From IMG/VR virus record IMGVR_UViG_3300031994_002623, positions 1 through 64,000 of that record: a stretch of 64,000 nucleotides of DNA; one strand, given 5' to 3'. Every line of letters starts with the position of its first letter. The first letter of the stretch is position 1. Made by a program: the position numbers and the translations under genes. Positions 37,401 through 46,232 of the stretch are shown piece after piece. This DNA comes from a virus. Taxonomy: Duplodnaviria; Caudoviricetes. The notes below the pieces were generated by a model. It ran no database searches. It worked only from the letters and a program-made list of their open reading frames with translations, and was not told the DNA's origin.

Positions 37401-38202
37401 TGGATATTCAAGAAGTGCAAGTTTCACCGTTTCAGTTTATGGTACTGACTGTAGCAAACAATGTACTGTAGAACAAGACCCTAGTGCTTGCTTAAATTGT
37501 GCTAAACTGATGAGAAAAATAATGCAAACCACTTCATTACAGTTTACTTGCTGCGAAACAGGTTCAAGTACCAAGACCACAATTGCTAGGCTGCCATACG
37601 ATTGTAGTGATGTTAGCCAGCTTAGTTATTCTATAAATGGCGGAGGTTGGTTGAGTGCTGGAAACGATACCGATGGTAGCGTATGGGTTATGATTGATAA
37701 TGAAAACTCTTCTACTAGCGAAAGATATGATGATGTTAGAATTACTCCATTAGATTCAAACGGTCAACAAGTGATTAGTGACTGTTATGTTAATTGCAGG
37801 GTTTACCAATCTGGAACTAATCCTCCAACTTGTAATTGTATGTCAGTAACAGATGATGATAGTAATCTACATATCACCGCTGATGAATGGAGTCTTGTTG
37901 AAAATGTGTATGTAATACAAGTCCATCGAGAACATCTTGGAACAACAATTCAAATCGGAACTATACAACTTGATGAAGAATTACCATCTTGTTTAGAGTA
38001 TATTGTAACTAATACACAAGAAAGCTATGCTAAATTGTGGTTGAGGAAAGAAGCTCCAAAAAATTACACTATTTTTGCAGATTTTGGCAGCAATGCTTGT
38101 AATTCAGTAACAAGTGCAATTATTAGGGTTGATAATTCAACTAGTTCTATTAAAGAATGTTGGAATCAAATTATTAAGTTTAAATTCCCAGATGCATGTT
38201 AA
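34435..38202 (+). CDS. Cys-rich multi-BACON/Ig-like virion fibre-like protein
   Basis: Modules containing W and N.....R...I.V, ending Q...CxC; one module shared with the 31122 gene. Confidence 0.75.
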   Translation: MINVDFTTNSGETIYSYSWQNCGGNKNVNFELENPSYTWCTVTHTPENSKVKIHADAVPERQRDPRSAKVLMKVNDVTCDEYFYVSQPGQPCHCSAFIPIEIGATFPSSGAAVGTVIGSYYNDTTCDASKITITGDLQAEAVGGQIKLTSAVGAYNDGRTFNVIFNYDGSECTRGTCTQSAASCRCTTITATPYTFAAPDTCGDIRPVTVLTIDGCCSIVTGITGTDSDKFTITTATSGDYKVVKACPSSTNISTSTDRRATVSVTATCGNDTCSSSTTLTQEHSGCTPSECTCYTVSNASVVDGSNLTCESTSATVRWNFTGYTITKNADCTTAKTQVVQSYQDGTVNFLPNTGGETSVTRSGETEWYNHLACIGNTCGQSNVKVPWTVELPACSSCDCNCWYLLGFERFIEYLPASGVTSSQLVAKYYHSLEKFTPSCYNSIGLGNPYVIYPSGQAVSINSHVTAYTGTYNGQPATVLELWVDNLDANPETNKIRIIDYPFNIGGNYCISFTLQQEGAEIQCTCEYFVESGLIRPIKTKIPNAGTSGQLVEIASGNTHGCGTLVGYINATTMIDSFSAHTIEKTERIDGKDVVVDTDYHWWASFTENDSQGGVLRTCALSFLYYDNDNVLQPCNQDIIIMQNQNICTCPSIISIDSTYDIDGKEHGIGIPETAYTRRATLSTSDGYMCQFVLAESDSSWCTAYTSFERDEYGSSDSGDLYIEIKTTPNFSTQTRTARITYFGISSPQNGSGNLVIRPYERYTKSDVDAICTYETCKNAGTVTVNQAPFGPCNCTTSEFEVYSSARTVNYDDTSWTFTFSKNICGEATYTYQFVDENGNSIQMSDTFVTGVTFNTTSYSDRIELTLEFDYNGTSDQDTTAREVYVVVVMTLHDDVYGEIYVCENRVILTQNGTCTCDRMIVANGYISVGDSMHDDYEVKLAVVGKCGIIDSSDISFSFDQYYDWISLNGLYERDGYIWGSFNISRNTGGYSRSASFTVSVYGTDCSKQCTVEQDPSACLNCAKLMRKIMQTTSLQFTCCETGSSTKTTIARLPYDCSDVSQLSYSINGGGWLSAGNDTDGSVWVMIDNENSSTSERYDDVRITPLDSNGQQVISDCYVNCRVYQSGTNPPTCNCMSVTDDDSNLHITADEWSLVENVYVIQVHREHLGTTIQIGTIQLDEELPSCLEYIVTNTQESYAKLWLRKEAPKNYTIFADFGSNACNSVTSAIIRVDNSTSSIKECWNQIIKFKFPDAC

Positions 38203-38204
38203 AA

Positions 38205-38355
38205 AATGGTACTGGAACAGTACAATGTGATTGTGATTCTTTAACTAATGATGGTAATTACTTGCGGTACGGCATCAAGTAATGTTATTAGACATTACGG
38301 CTCACAGACATGTTGGAATCAAACTATTGAGTTTATTGATTTACCTAAGTGCTAA
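38205..38355 (+). pseudogene. Internally deleted relic of an alternative terminal module of the upstream gene
   Basis: NGTGTVQCDCDSLT, then (other frame) ...CWNQTIEFIDLPKC* versus gene end CWNQIIKFKFPDAC*. Confidence 0.7.
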
Positions 38356-38377
38356 TAGAACTAAATCCTATAATATT

Positions 38378-38413
38378 AAAAGGAGTGACAACAGTGTTGT
38401 CGCTCTTTTTTTT
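38378..38413 (+). terminator. Intrinsic terminator
   Basis: ggagtgacaaca-g-tgttgtcgctct inverted repeat followed by T run. Confidence 0.8.
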
Positions 38414-38468
38414 TATCATTTATTATATATTTTATTAGATAATATTTTGTTTTTTAATATTTTTTATA

Positions 38469-38476
38469 TATCTTTG
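38469..38476 (+). promoter_or_regulatory. Bacteroidota sigmaA promoter -7 element
   Basis: TATCTTTGCA with upstream TTTG. Confidence 0.8.
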
Positions 38477-38493
38477 CATAAAATTATTAAATA

Positions 38494-39336
38494 ATGACTA
38501 TAAAGATAAATGGAGAACCTAAGATAGTAACAGATATTAGGAATAAGATATTAAAGGAATTTGATGGATTAGTATTCATTGAGGAAGGTCATAAGTATTT
38601 TCTAGATGGGGTACAGCTACCATCAGTCTCTGAGGTAACGCACAGGTTCTGTGCTTATCCATTTAATGAAAAGGAGCAGTCAGAGAGATATGCAGAGACT
38701 CATGGTGAGACAGCACAGTACTGGCTTGATAAGTGGAAGTTTACGAACCTTGTGGCAACAACATCTGGTACATTGACCCATGAATATGGAGAAGGCCTTG
38801 GTTGGCTTAAGAATGGACATCCAGAGTTCCTTCCAGAATCATGTAAGCCAAAGTACGTAAAGGATAAGAACTGGCTAATACCTACTAGACCAAAGGAGGA
38901 GGCTGTATTGAAGTTCTACAATGAATTGAACGAGAATCTTCATTTTGTGTTGGCTGAGACGAAAGTGTACACTGGAAAGAACAAGGAGCTTACTAATCTA
39001 AAACAAGATTACTGCGGAACGTTTGATATATTGTTCTACTATAAAGACCCAGAGGATGATTCAAAGAGTGGGTTGTGTATATTCGACTTCAAGACAAATA
39101 AGGATTTAAGAAAAGATTTCAGCAGAGAGCATGGAAAAATGTTATTACCACCGTTTACGGATTTCTACGAAGAACCATTAAGCTACTATACAGCTCAGTT
39201 ATCATGCTATCAGATACCGCTTGAGGATATAGGTTTAAAGGTGATAGCGAGAAGAATCGTATGGCTTAAAGATGATGGTAGTTATGAATTAATCGGATTA
39301 CAGAATGTTACAGATAGATTGAGGAGTGTGTTATGA
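38494..39336 (+). CDS. PD-(D/E)XK exonuclease-like protein
   Basis: HKY, SVS, GTLTH, CGTFD, IFDFKT, QLSCY. Confidence 0.8.
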   Translation: MTIKINGEPKIVTDIRNKILKEFDGLVFIEEGHKYFLDGVQLPSVSEVTHRFCAYPFNEKEQSERYAETHGETAQYWLDKWKFTNLVATTSGTLTHEYGEGLGWLKNGHPEFLPESCKPKYVKDKNWLIPTRPKEEAVLKFYNELNENLHFVLAETKVYTGKNKELTNLKQDYCGTFDILFYYKDPEDDSKSGLCIFDFKTNKDLRKDFSREHGKMLLPPFTDFYEEPLSYYTAQLSCYQIPLEDIGLKVIARRIVWLKDDGSYELIGLQNVTDRLRSVL

Positions 39337-39479
39337 CAAAGACAAAGAAGATTATCCTGGGAGGCATTGCTGGAATGATGCTGACCAGTTTTATTTCATC
39401 GACGTATTTCTATACGTTTTTTAGAAGAGCTATGAGAAAGCTAGATAATGGTTTCAAGGAGTGGGATTTTAATTTTTGA
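39333..39479 (+). CDS. Small membrane peptide (48 aa)
   Basis: Manual translation; one TM; ATGA overlap. Confidence 0.55.
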   Translation: MTKTKKIILGGIAGMMLTSFISSTYFYTFFRRAMRKLDNGFKEWDFNF

Positions 39480-39484
39480 TGGTT

Positions 39485-39883
39485 ATGGAATTTGAGAACA
39501 TTTATATAGAAAAAAGGTGGAGTAAGGAAGTAATAGAGAAGAGGTTGGAAAACCTAAAGAAGATAATACCACCAAGTATTGTTGATGCGGAAATTACGGT
39601 TGCAAAAATTAAGGCTGATGACGAACTTGATGCGTTATATCTTGCATATTACTCTCTGAAGGATAGTTACTGTAAGATTAAGAGAAAAACATTCGGTATA
39701 CCAAAGAACGTTAAATATACGCCAAAACGTGTAGCATGGTATAGCAATGACTGGAGTGCTTGCTACGATAATACTGAATACTTCTATCCTTCTACAACAG
39801 CAACTACAAGTGCCACGATATACACCTACAATGCAAATGACTATTTTAACACATGGGCAACAACAACTATATTAAACAGATAA
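39485..39883 (+). CDS. Hypothetical protein
   Basis: ORF track. Confidence 0.7.
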   Translation: MEFENIYIEKRWSKEVIEKRLENLKKIIPPSIVDAEITVAKIKADDELDALYLAYYSLKDSYCKIKRKTFGIPKNVKYTPKRVAWYSNDWSACYDNTEYFYPSTTATTSATIYTYNANDYFNTWATTTILNR

Positions 39884-39886
39884 AAC

Positions 39887-40501
39887 ATGAAAGTAATAGT
39901 ATTGTCTCATTATATATTTGATGAGAGGATGAAGAAGCTTGGAATCAATGATGAGAACGTAGAAGACACTGGAAACTTCTATATATCCATCATAGGGACT
40001 CCAGAATGCCTTAATTACTACCTGGATGAAGGAGACACTAGACACTACTTTAAAGACCACCAGAACGTCTTAAATCTCGATTTCGATGATATAGGGGATG
40101 ATGTTAGGTATAATGGTCACCTGTTCAAGACGATTACTATGGAACAGGCTGAGAAGGCAGTGGATTTCATTCAGACAATGATAGAAAAACATCCAGAGAA
40201 TATATTTATACATTGTAGGGCTGGAATGAGCAGGTCTAGGGCATTTGCAGAATTTATATATAGGTTCTGTAGGGAACATGACATACCTCTTGACTATGAG
40301 GACAGAAACGACTACACAACGATGTATAATCATGGTGTCCTTAACAGACTTAACCACGCCTACTGGAAGAAACACGGACTTGGTATGTATGAAAAGAAGG
40401 ATACGGGGTATCCAGAAGAGTTTGTCAACACGCCAGTCGTAGAAATAAACAGGGAGAGAACAAGAGAAGCTTGGAAACTCAATAACCAGAAGAAGATATA
40501 A
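39887..40501 (+). CDS. Protein-tyrosine/dual-specificity phosphatase family protein
   Basis: CX5R motif HCRAGMSRS; FDD loop. Confidence 0.88.
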   Translation: MKVIVLSHYIFDERMKKLGINDENVEDTGNFYISIIGTPECLNYYLDEGDTRHYFKDHQNVLNLDFDDIGDDVRYNGHLFKTITMEQAEKAVDFIQTMIEKHPENIFIHCRAGMSRSRAFAEFIYRFCREHDIPLDYEDRNDYTTMYNHGVLNRLNHAYWKKHGLGMYEKKDTGYPEEFVNTPVVEINRERTREAWKLNNQKKI

Positions 40502-40668
40502 TGGAAGAGCTTAAATCGTTTTATGACCTTGCAGAGAAGGTAGAACCTTGGAATCCATCAAAGGAGTTCCTAGAGGGCTTCAGCAAGTATATGGAGGAGT
40601 CCATAAGGCAATCGAGGATAAATATGGCAAAAGCTATTGAATCTGCAAGCAAAATCTTTATATTTTAA
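40501..40668 (+). CDS. Small hypothetical protein (55 aa)
   Basis: Manual translation; TAATG overlap. Confidence 0.6.
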   Translation: MEELKSFYDLAEKVEPWNPSKEFLEGFSKYMEESIRQSRINMAKAIESASKIFIF

Positions 40669-40672
40669 TTAT

Positions 40673-40897
40673 ATGAATAATTTCGATGTGAGAGATTACG
40701 AGGACGGTATGAATGTCCTCTATCACCAAGAGTCCCTTGAAGCCCAGAGAATGATGGAGGTTTATCTTGGTAGAAAAATTAAGAGAGATTCATGTACCAG
40801 TTGTTACAGATACCCTAACTGTAGGATATACAGGGAATGTGGAGATATTGGTATTAATTGTGACGAGTATTATAAGGAAGAGGAAGAAGAGTTATGA
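40673..40897 (+). CDS. Small Cys-motif protein
   Basis: CTSC...C....C.....C. Confidence 0.65.
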   Translation: MNNFDVRDYEDGMNVLYHQESLEAQRMMEVYLGRKIKRDSCTSCYRYPNCRIYRECGDIGINCDEYYKEEEEEL

Positions 40898-41379
40898 GAT
40901 ACGAGGGAATTATAGATGAAATCCTCTATTATGGGGAGAGAAGTAAGGACGGAAGGTGGATAATCCCCATTGCAGTTGACTGGGATTACACTATTACCAG
41001 TTGTTCATCATGGAAAGAAGGAACTATGGACATAAACTATAAGGCTTTCAAGGTGATGAAACGCTGGATTGAGGAGTACAACGTAGGTTTCATCCTTGAT
41101 ACAATGAGACATGACGAGATACTTGTAGAACCTCTTAAGATACTAAAGGAAAACGGAATCGAGCTGTATGGTATTAGAAAGAATCCACAGCAGGATAAGG
41201 ATGGTAATTCGGTAACTAAGGCATGGGCAGTATTTAGTATTGATGACCGTAACGTAGGTATTCCAGTAACTATGGCAGAAGGCTGTGACAGGCCTTGTGT
41301 TGACTGGGACAAGGTAGATGAAATAATGACACCGATTCTCGAAGAGATAAGTGCCACACTAAATAAAGTAAGACTATGA
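40894..41379 (+). CDS. HAD-superfamily hydrolase-like protein
   Basis: IAVDWDYTI, ILDTMR, K.....IDDRN. Confidence 0.75.
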   Translation: MRYEGIIDEILYYGERSKDGRWIIPIAVDWDYTITSCSSWKEGTMDINYKAFKVMKRWIEEYNVGFILDTMRHDEILVEPLKILKENGIELYGIRKNPQQDKDGNSVTKAWAVFSIDDRNVGIPVTMAEGCDRPCVDWDKVDEIMTPILEEISATLNKVRL

Positions 41380-41576
41380 ATGAAAAGTATGTTTTGATTA
41401 AACCATACGTATGTAACTACGGAACATTGCCAGAGGGTAGTGAGATAATCTATTTCAGAGGACAGTTCTACTTAAATGGAGGACCAATTCCACAGGTATG
41501 GAATAGTCTATTTAAGAAGATAATTGGTGATACTGAATATGTAAGGAAGGTAAAGATACAGAGAAATGAATTCTAA
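41376..41576 (+). CDS. Hypothetical protein
   Basis: ORF track. Confidence 0.7.
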   Translation: MNEKYVLIKPYVCNYGTLPEGSEIIYFRGQFYLNGGPIPQVWNSLFKKIIGDTEYVRKVKIQRNEF

Positions 41577-41578
41577 TT

Positions 41579-41821
41579 ATGGGTAATAACGATATTTTCT
41601 GGAATAAGATGAAAAAGTATAACATGGGCGAAGAAGGTGTATATGATTTATCAGATGCAACACCAAGCGAGCTTATGGATATACTTGCGGAAGATGAAAA
41701 TAATCTAACAGATGAAGACCGCTCATTCCTAAATACCCTCTATGATAAACTCAAACAACTTGAAGGAAAAGAGGTTATTGACAATAATGGAAAAATATAC
41801 AAAATGATTGCAGAGAATTAA
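41579..41821 (+). CDS. Hypothetical protein
   Basis: ORF track. Confidence 0.7.
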   Translation: MGNNDIFWNKMKKYNMGEEGVYDLSDATPSELMDILAEDENNLTDEDRSFLNTLYDKLKQLEGKEVIDNNGKIYKMIAEN

Positions 41822-42138
41822 TGGATAGTAAGAGATTTCTAAGAGATAGTGACAGTACTGGCAGGTTTATCGTTAAATCCAAGGCTACTGGTAAGAAATA
41901 CTTCGTTGAGGTTATAGGTAACACTCATGCGGCAGATTGGGGAGACCTAGACCCAGCCACAAAGAAGATGACAGGTTCATATGGTGAGAGATATGAAGGC
42001 TGCGTACCAGAGAAGGATTCTCTAATAACAAAGGAAAACGGCTTTGATAAGATAACGATGCTAGACCCAGGAGTTTCCCCGTTCGATGAAATTGAGAGAA
42101 GGGACAGGGAATACGAAGAAAAAATGAAAAATAATTAA
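41821..42138 (+). CDS. Hypothetical protein
   Basis: ORF track; WGDLDPATKK.TG.YG. Confidence 0.75.
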   Translation: MDSKRFLRDSDSTGRFIVKSKATGKKYFVEVIGNTHAADWGDLDPATKKMTGSYGERYEGCVPEKDSLITKENGFDKITMLDPGVSPFDEIERRDREYEEKMKNN

Positions 42139-42158
42139 TTAAAAAAAACTATATAGTT

Positions 42159-42572
42159 ATGAGTAAGATTAAGTATTTCCATCTGTACGGAAATGCAGAA
42201 GGTGCAGATGGTAAGAACCACGTTGTTACGGTGGTAGGAAAGCTGGAACAGGGAAAGAAGACAGTAGAGTTTACTGAGAATGTTCCAATTGAGGTTAAGG
42301 AGAATTCGTATGTCAACGGTGAGTTGAAGTATTCTCGTAGAATTATGAACAGAAAGCTGACAATTGGTGCGTCAATTTGTCATCCACTTGATAGATTCGA
42401 CCTTGAAAAGGGTATTGAGATTGCTAAGGCAAGAATTGAGAAGGGTAATGACCTTGGTGTACTTGAGACATCATCTGTTACCATGCTTACCGACGATGCT
42501 ATTATGGCAGAACTTTTGGTGAAACTTCAGTATATGATTAACAATATTGATGAATATTTACCAGAGGAATAA
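42159..42572 (+). CDS. Hypothetical phage protein
   Basis: ORF track; SICHP.D.F...G..IA.AR. Confidence 0.75.
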   Translation: MSKIKYFHLYGNAEGADGKNHVVTVVGKLEQGKKTVEFTENVPIEVKENSYVNGELKYSRRIMNRKLTIGASICHPLDRFDLEKGIEIAKARIEKGNDLGVLETSSVTMLTDDAIMAELLVKLQYMINNIDEYLPEE

Positions 42573-42594
42573 TACTAATTATTAAAAAAGTTTA

Positions 42595-42642
42595 AAAAAA
42601 AGTGGGATTATTTGCTAGTCTCACTTTTTTTTTATATCTTTG
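42595..42642 (+). promoter_or_regulatory. Terminator hairpin overlapping sigmaA promoter
   Basis: agtgggatta-TTTGc-tagtctcact; 20 nt spacer; TATCTTTG at 42635. Confidence 0.8.
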
Positions 42643-42655
42643 CACAAAAAATTAA

Positions 42656-43014
42656 GGCAATAATACAGCAGTTGGCACAAAAATATAATTATTACAACAA
42701 TATAGTATGTTAAAGAAAGACAAAGAAATAGTTAAAAAGTATCTTGGCAGTAGCCTTTTTGAATTAATATCCCCCAAAAAGGATAGGAGGTGGTATAGTA
42801 ATACCCTTATACAAGGGTATGTTAACTTTATTGTAATTCTTACAAAACAAGCAAAAGAAGAAGGTAACTGTATTAATGAAATACTTTCATTACAAAAATC
42901 AGAAGGTTTTGAAATGAAAGCTATTGAGCATAGGCACGGTGATTCTTATGTTTATACATTTGAACTTGTTAACAAGCAAAATAATTAATTTGTGCCATCT
43001 TCTATATCATTACC
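42656..43014. repeat. Imperfect inverted repeat of about 35 bp (42656-42693 / 42980-43014) enclosing a 93-aa ORF
   Basis: ggcaataatacagcagttggcacaaa versus reverse complement ggtaatgatatagaagatggcacaaa. Confidence 0.7.
42707..42988 (+). CDS. AT-rich hypothetical protein inside the inverted repeat
   Basis: ORF track. Confidence 0.6.
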   Translation: MLKKDKEIVKKYLGSSLFELISPKKDRRWYSNTLIQGYVNFIVILTKQAKEEGNCINEILSLQKSEGFEMKAIEHRHGDSYVYTFELVNKQNN

Positions 43015-43027
43015 AAAATTAATGAAT

Positions 43028-43129
43028 ATGGACAAATTTATTAAAATTGCTAGTAGTATAGCTATACTTTCTGTTATGTTATTTGGGTTGGCAGAATACA
43101 GAATAAGAAAAATAATTTCACGAGATTAG
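43028..43129 (+). CDS. Small membrane peptide (33 aa)
   Basis: MDKFIKIASSIAILSVMLFGLAEYRIRKIISRD. Confidence 0.5.
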   Translation: MDKFIKIASSIAILSVMLFGLAEYRIRKIISRD

Positions 43130-43138
43130 TATTAGGAT

Positions 43139-43471
43139 ATGGGTGCTTATATCAATTATTGGAAAGTAGAAGATAAAATAGCAAAAAACCATAGAGGTGA
43201 AAGTCCATACATATTCTCGTTTATTGGCGGCTCTTGGTCAATGAGTGAAATACGCAATAAAGCTAAGGAGCTATATGAGAAAAATGTTTGTGACGGTATC
43301 CTCTATAGGGTAATAAGAGAGAATCCTTGGGGAGAAACTATTAAATGCTACTTTATTTACTATGATGGTAAGGTATTTCACAAACAAGATTACATAGACA
43401 ATATTGGACTAATGTTTGAGCCATTTATTCAAGATGGTGAAGAAATTGTTCCAGCGTTACCAGTTTATTGA
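43139..43471 (+). CDS. Hypothetical protein
   Basis: ORF track. Confidence 0.7.
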   Translation: MGAYINYWKVEDKIAKNHRGESPYIFSFIGGSWSMSEIRNKAKELYEKNVCDGILYRVIRENPWGETIKCYFIYYDGKVFHKQDYIDNIGLMFEPFIQDGEEIVPALPVY

Positions 43472-43495
43472 AAAAAAATACTATAACGTATAGTT

Positions 43496-43511
43496 TGGCA
43501 CGGTTTTTGCA
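43496..43511 (+). promoter_or_regulatory. sigma54 (RpoN) -24/-12 promoter consensus
   Basis: TGGCACG-GTTT-TTGCA, exact match in intergenic DNA. Confidence 0.65.
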
Positions 43512-43513
43512 GT

Positions 43514-43780
43514 ATGGATAACGTGAAGGAAATATACGAATACAACCGTTTAGACCGTAAATATGTTCTCATGATAGGTGAGGATGGTTCTGTCAAGTTG
43601 ACAGACTACAGTAAGACGGATGGTGTTGAAATGCACAAACCAACTATTGTAGACATTGCTGGAGGGAAGGGATGTAAGAGAATTGAATATGGTATTAATC
43701 CAACCGCAGGTAGGTCTTCAATTCCATTCAAGAACTGGGGAGACGGTGAGTTGGATAAACATTGGACACAGATAAAGTAA
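43514..43780 (+). CDS. Hypothetical protein, paralog of next gene
   Basis: EIYE..KY.L.I..DGS.KLT..EYG..SS.PF...DG.LD..W..IK shared with next gene. Confidence 0.75.
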   Translation: MDNVKEIYEYNRLDRKYVLMIGEDGSVKLTDYSKTDGVEMHKPTIVDIAGGKGCKRIEYGINPTAGRSSIPFKNWGDGELDKHWTQIK

Positions 43781-44040
43781 TGGAGAAAAGAGTAAGAGAA
43801 ATATATGAGGGTGACTGTGTTATGAAAGACGCAAAATACCTTTTACTAATATACGACGATGGGAGTTTAAAGTTAACATGGTACTGTGGTGAGAGGATTG
43901 TTGAGGAAAAGAATCCTACGCTTAGAGCAGCAGGTAGTGGTCTCAGACTGGAGTACGGGGAAGGGGATGTAAAATCTTCAATGCCGTTTACCAAATATGC
44001 TGACGGAACTCTCGACGATAAATGGGTGAAAATAAAATAA
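43780..44040 (+). CDS. Hypothetical protein, paralog of previous gene
   Basis: Same shared motif; TAATG overlap. Confidence 0.75.
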   Translation: MEKRVREIYEGDCVMKDAKYLLLIYDDGSLKLTWYCGERIVEEKNPTLRAAGSGLRLEYGEGDVKSSMPFTKYADGTLDDKWVKIK

Positions 44041-44063
44041 CTTTGACATAAAAATTGTAGAAA

Positions 44064-45971
44064 ATGGGAAAAATTATTGGAATTGACCTTGGAACATCAA
44101 ACTCATGTGTTTCGGTGTATGAAGGAAACGAGCCAACTGTTATTGTGAACAGTGAAGGTAAGCGCACAACCCCATCAGTAGTGGGTTTTGCTGAAAATGG
44201 TGAACGTAAGATTGGTGAGCCTGCTAAGAGACAGGCTATTACCAACCCTAAGAACACCGTTTACTCAATCAAGCGTTTCATGGGTGAGACATATGAGCAG
44301 TCTAAGAAGGAAGCTGAGCGTGTTCCTTTCGAGGTTGTGAATGAGGGTGGTTACCCACGTGTGAATATTGATGGACGTAAATTCACTCCACAGGAAATTT
44401 CAGCAATGATTCTCCAGAAGATGAAGAAGACTGCTGAGGACTACCTTGGACATGAGGTTACAGAAGCTGTTATTACTGTTCCTGCTTACTTCTCTGACTC
44501 ACAACGTCAAGCAACTAAGGAGGCTGGACAGATTGCTGGTCTGGACGTTAAGCGTATTGTTAACGAGCCTACAGCTGCTGCTCTTGCCTATGGTATTGAC
44601 AAGGCTGACAAGGACATGAAGATTGCCGTATTCGACGCTGGTGGTGGTACGTTCGATATCTCCATCCTGGAGTTCGGTGGTGGTGTCTTTGAGGTACTTT
44701 CTACCAATGGTGATACTCACCTGGGTGGTGATGACTTCGACCAGGTAATCATCGACTGGTTGGTACAGGAGTTCAAGAACGATGAGGGTGCTGACCTTAC
44801 GACTGACCCAATGGCTATGCAGCGTCTTAAGGAAGCTGCTGAGAAGGCTAAGTGCGAGCTTTCAGTAACCAATAGCACTGAGATTAACCTGCCTTACATC
44901 ATGCCTGTGAACGGAACTCCTAAGCACATGGTGAAGGAAATTACTCGTGCTAAGTTTGAGCAGTTGTCAGATAGTTTGCTTAAGCGCCATATCGAGCCTT
45001 GTAAGAAGGCACTGGAGGACGCTAAGCTGACAGCAGCGGATATTGATGAGGTTATCCTTGTCGGTGGTTCTACACGTATTCCTGCATTGCAGCAGATTGT
45101 AAAGGATGTATTTGGACGTGAGCCATCCAAGGCTGTAAACCCAGACGAGGCAGTATCTATTGGTGCTTGCGTGCAAGGTGCTGTCCTTAACAAGGAAGGA
45201 GGAGTGGGAGATATCGTACTGCTTGACGTTACTCCATTGACACTGGGTATTGAGACAATGGGTGGTGTGATGACCAAGCTGATTGATGCTAACACCACTA
45301 TTCCTTGCAAGAAGAGCGAGGTGTTCTCTACCGCAGCTGACAATCAGACTGAGGTAACTATCCATGTGCTCCAGGGTGAGCGTCCTATGGCTTCTCAGAA
45401 TAAGAGTATCGGTAAGTTCAACCTTACTGGTATTATGCCAGCTCGTCGTGGTATTCCTCAGATTGAGGTATCATTTGACATCGATGCCAACGGCATCCTC
45501 AAGGTTACTGCCAAGGATAAAGCTACTGGCAAGGAGCAGGCTATCCGTATTGAGGCTTCATCTGGACTTAGTAAGGAGGAGATTGAGCGCATGAAAGCTG
45601 AGGCTGAGAAGAATGCAGAGGCTGACAAGAAGGAACGTGAGGTTGCTGATGCAATCAACAAGGGTGACCAGCTTATTTTCGCCCAGGAGAAGCTTATTGA
45701 GGAGCAGAAGGACAACATTACCTCTGACGAGAAAACGAAGCTTGACGGGCTTGTAAATAGCCTTAGAGACGCTGTAGCTGCCAAGGATGTGAACAAGATT
45801 AATGAGATTGAGAAGTCCATCAACGATACATGGAACGAGGTATCTCAGAGAGTCTATGCTTCACAGCAAACGCAGCAGACTTCACAGCAGGCATCTGACG
45901 AGGCAGCAGCATCAGAACCAGCCCAGGAGCAGCCTAATGTGCAGGATGCAGAGTTTGAGGAAGTTTCATAA
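44064..45971 (+). CDS. dnaK: Chaperone DnaK (Hsp70)
   Basis: [37 protein letters not shown]. Confidence 0.98.
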   Translation: MGKIIGIDLGTSNSCVSVYEGNEPTVIVNSEGKRTTPSVVGFAENGERKIGEPAKRQAITNPKNTVYSIKRFMGETYEQSKKEAERVPFEVVNEGGYPRVNIDGRKFTPQEISAMILQKMKKTAEDYLGHEVTEAVITVPAYFSDSQRQATKEAGQIAGLDVKRIVNEPTAAALAYGIDKADKDMKIAVFDAGGGTFDISILEFGGGVFEVLSTNGDTHLGGDDFDQVIIDWLVQEFKNDEGADLTTDPMAMQRLKEAAEKAKCELSVTNSTEINLPYIMPVNGTPKHMVKEITRAKFEQLSDSLLKRHIEPCKKALEDAKLTAADIDEVILVGGSTRIPALQQIVKDVFGREPSKAVNPDEAVSIGACVQGAVLNKEGGVGDIVLLDVTPLTLGIETMGGVMTKLIDANTTIPCKKSEVFSTAADNQTEVTIHVLQGERPMASQNKSIGKFNLTGIMPARRGIPQIEVSFDIDANGILKVTAKDKATGKEQAIRIEASSGLSKEEIERMKAEAEKNAEADKKEREVADAINKGDQLIFAQEKLIEEQKDNITSDEKTKLDGLVNSLRDAVAAKDVNKINEIEKSINDTWNEVSQRVYASQQTQQTSQQASDEAAASEPAQEQPNVQDAEFEEVS

Positions 45972-45974
45972 GTC

Positions 45975-46148
45975 ATGAAAAGAGACTCTTTCTATTTTGC
46001 ACAGTTCAATTTCCATTGCCCTCATTGTGGTGGTAGTTTTCGTGGAGAGGTTCATAAAGCACCGCCATATCGCAATGGGCATAGGGAGGTTTCAACAAAC
46101 TGCCCACATTGTAGTGCAGTTGTAACAAAAGAAGTTACTAGTGTTTAA
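45975..46148 (+). CDS. Small zinc-ribbon protein (57 aa)
   Basis: CPHC...CPHC; manual translation. Confidence 0.65.
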   Translation: MKRDSFYFAQFNFHCPHCGGSFRGEVHKAPPYRNGHREVSTNCPHCSAVVTKEVTSV

Positions 46149-46186
46149 ATGACTTGGCAAGGTTGATACATATTTCATTAATAAGT

Positions 46187-46220
46187 CTGAGGAATTTCCC
46201 AACGATTCCTCAGATTTTTG
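46187..46220 (+). terminator. Intrinsic terminator
   Basis: tctgaggaat...attcctcaga followed by T run. Confidence 0.75.
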
Positions 46221-46232
46221 TAGTTTTGTTTT

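Noticed and set aside
38494-39336. Cas4 call for the PD-(D/E)XK nuclease
   Set aside because: Lacks the C-terminal Fe-S cysteine cluster; no cas context.
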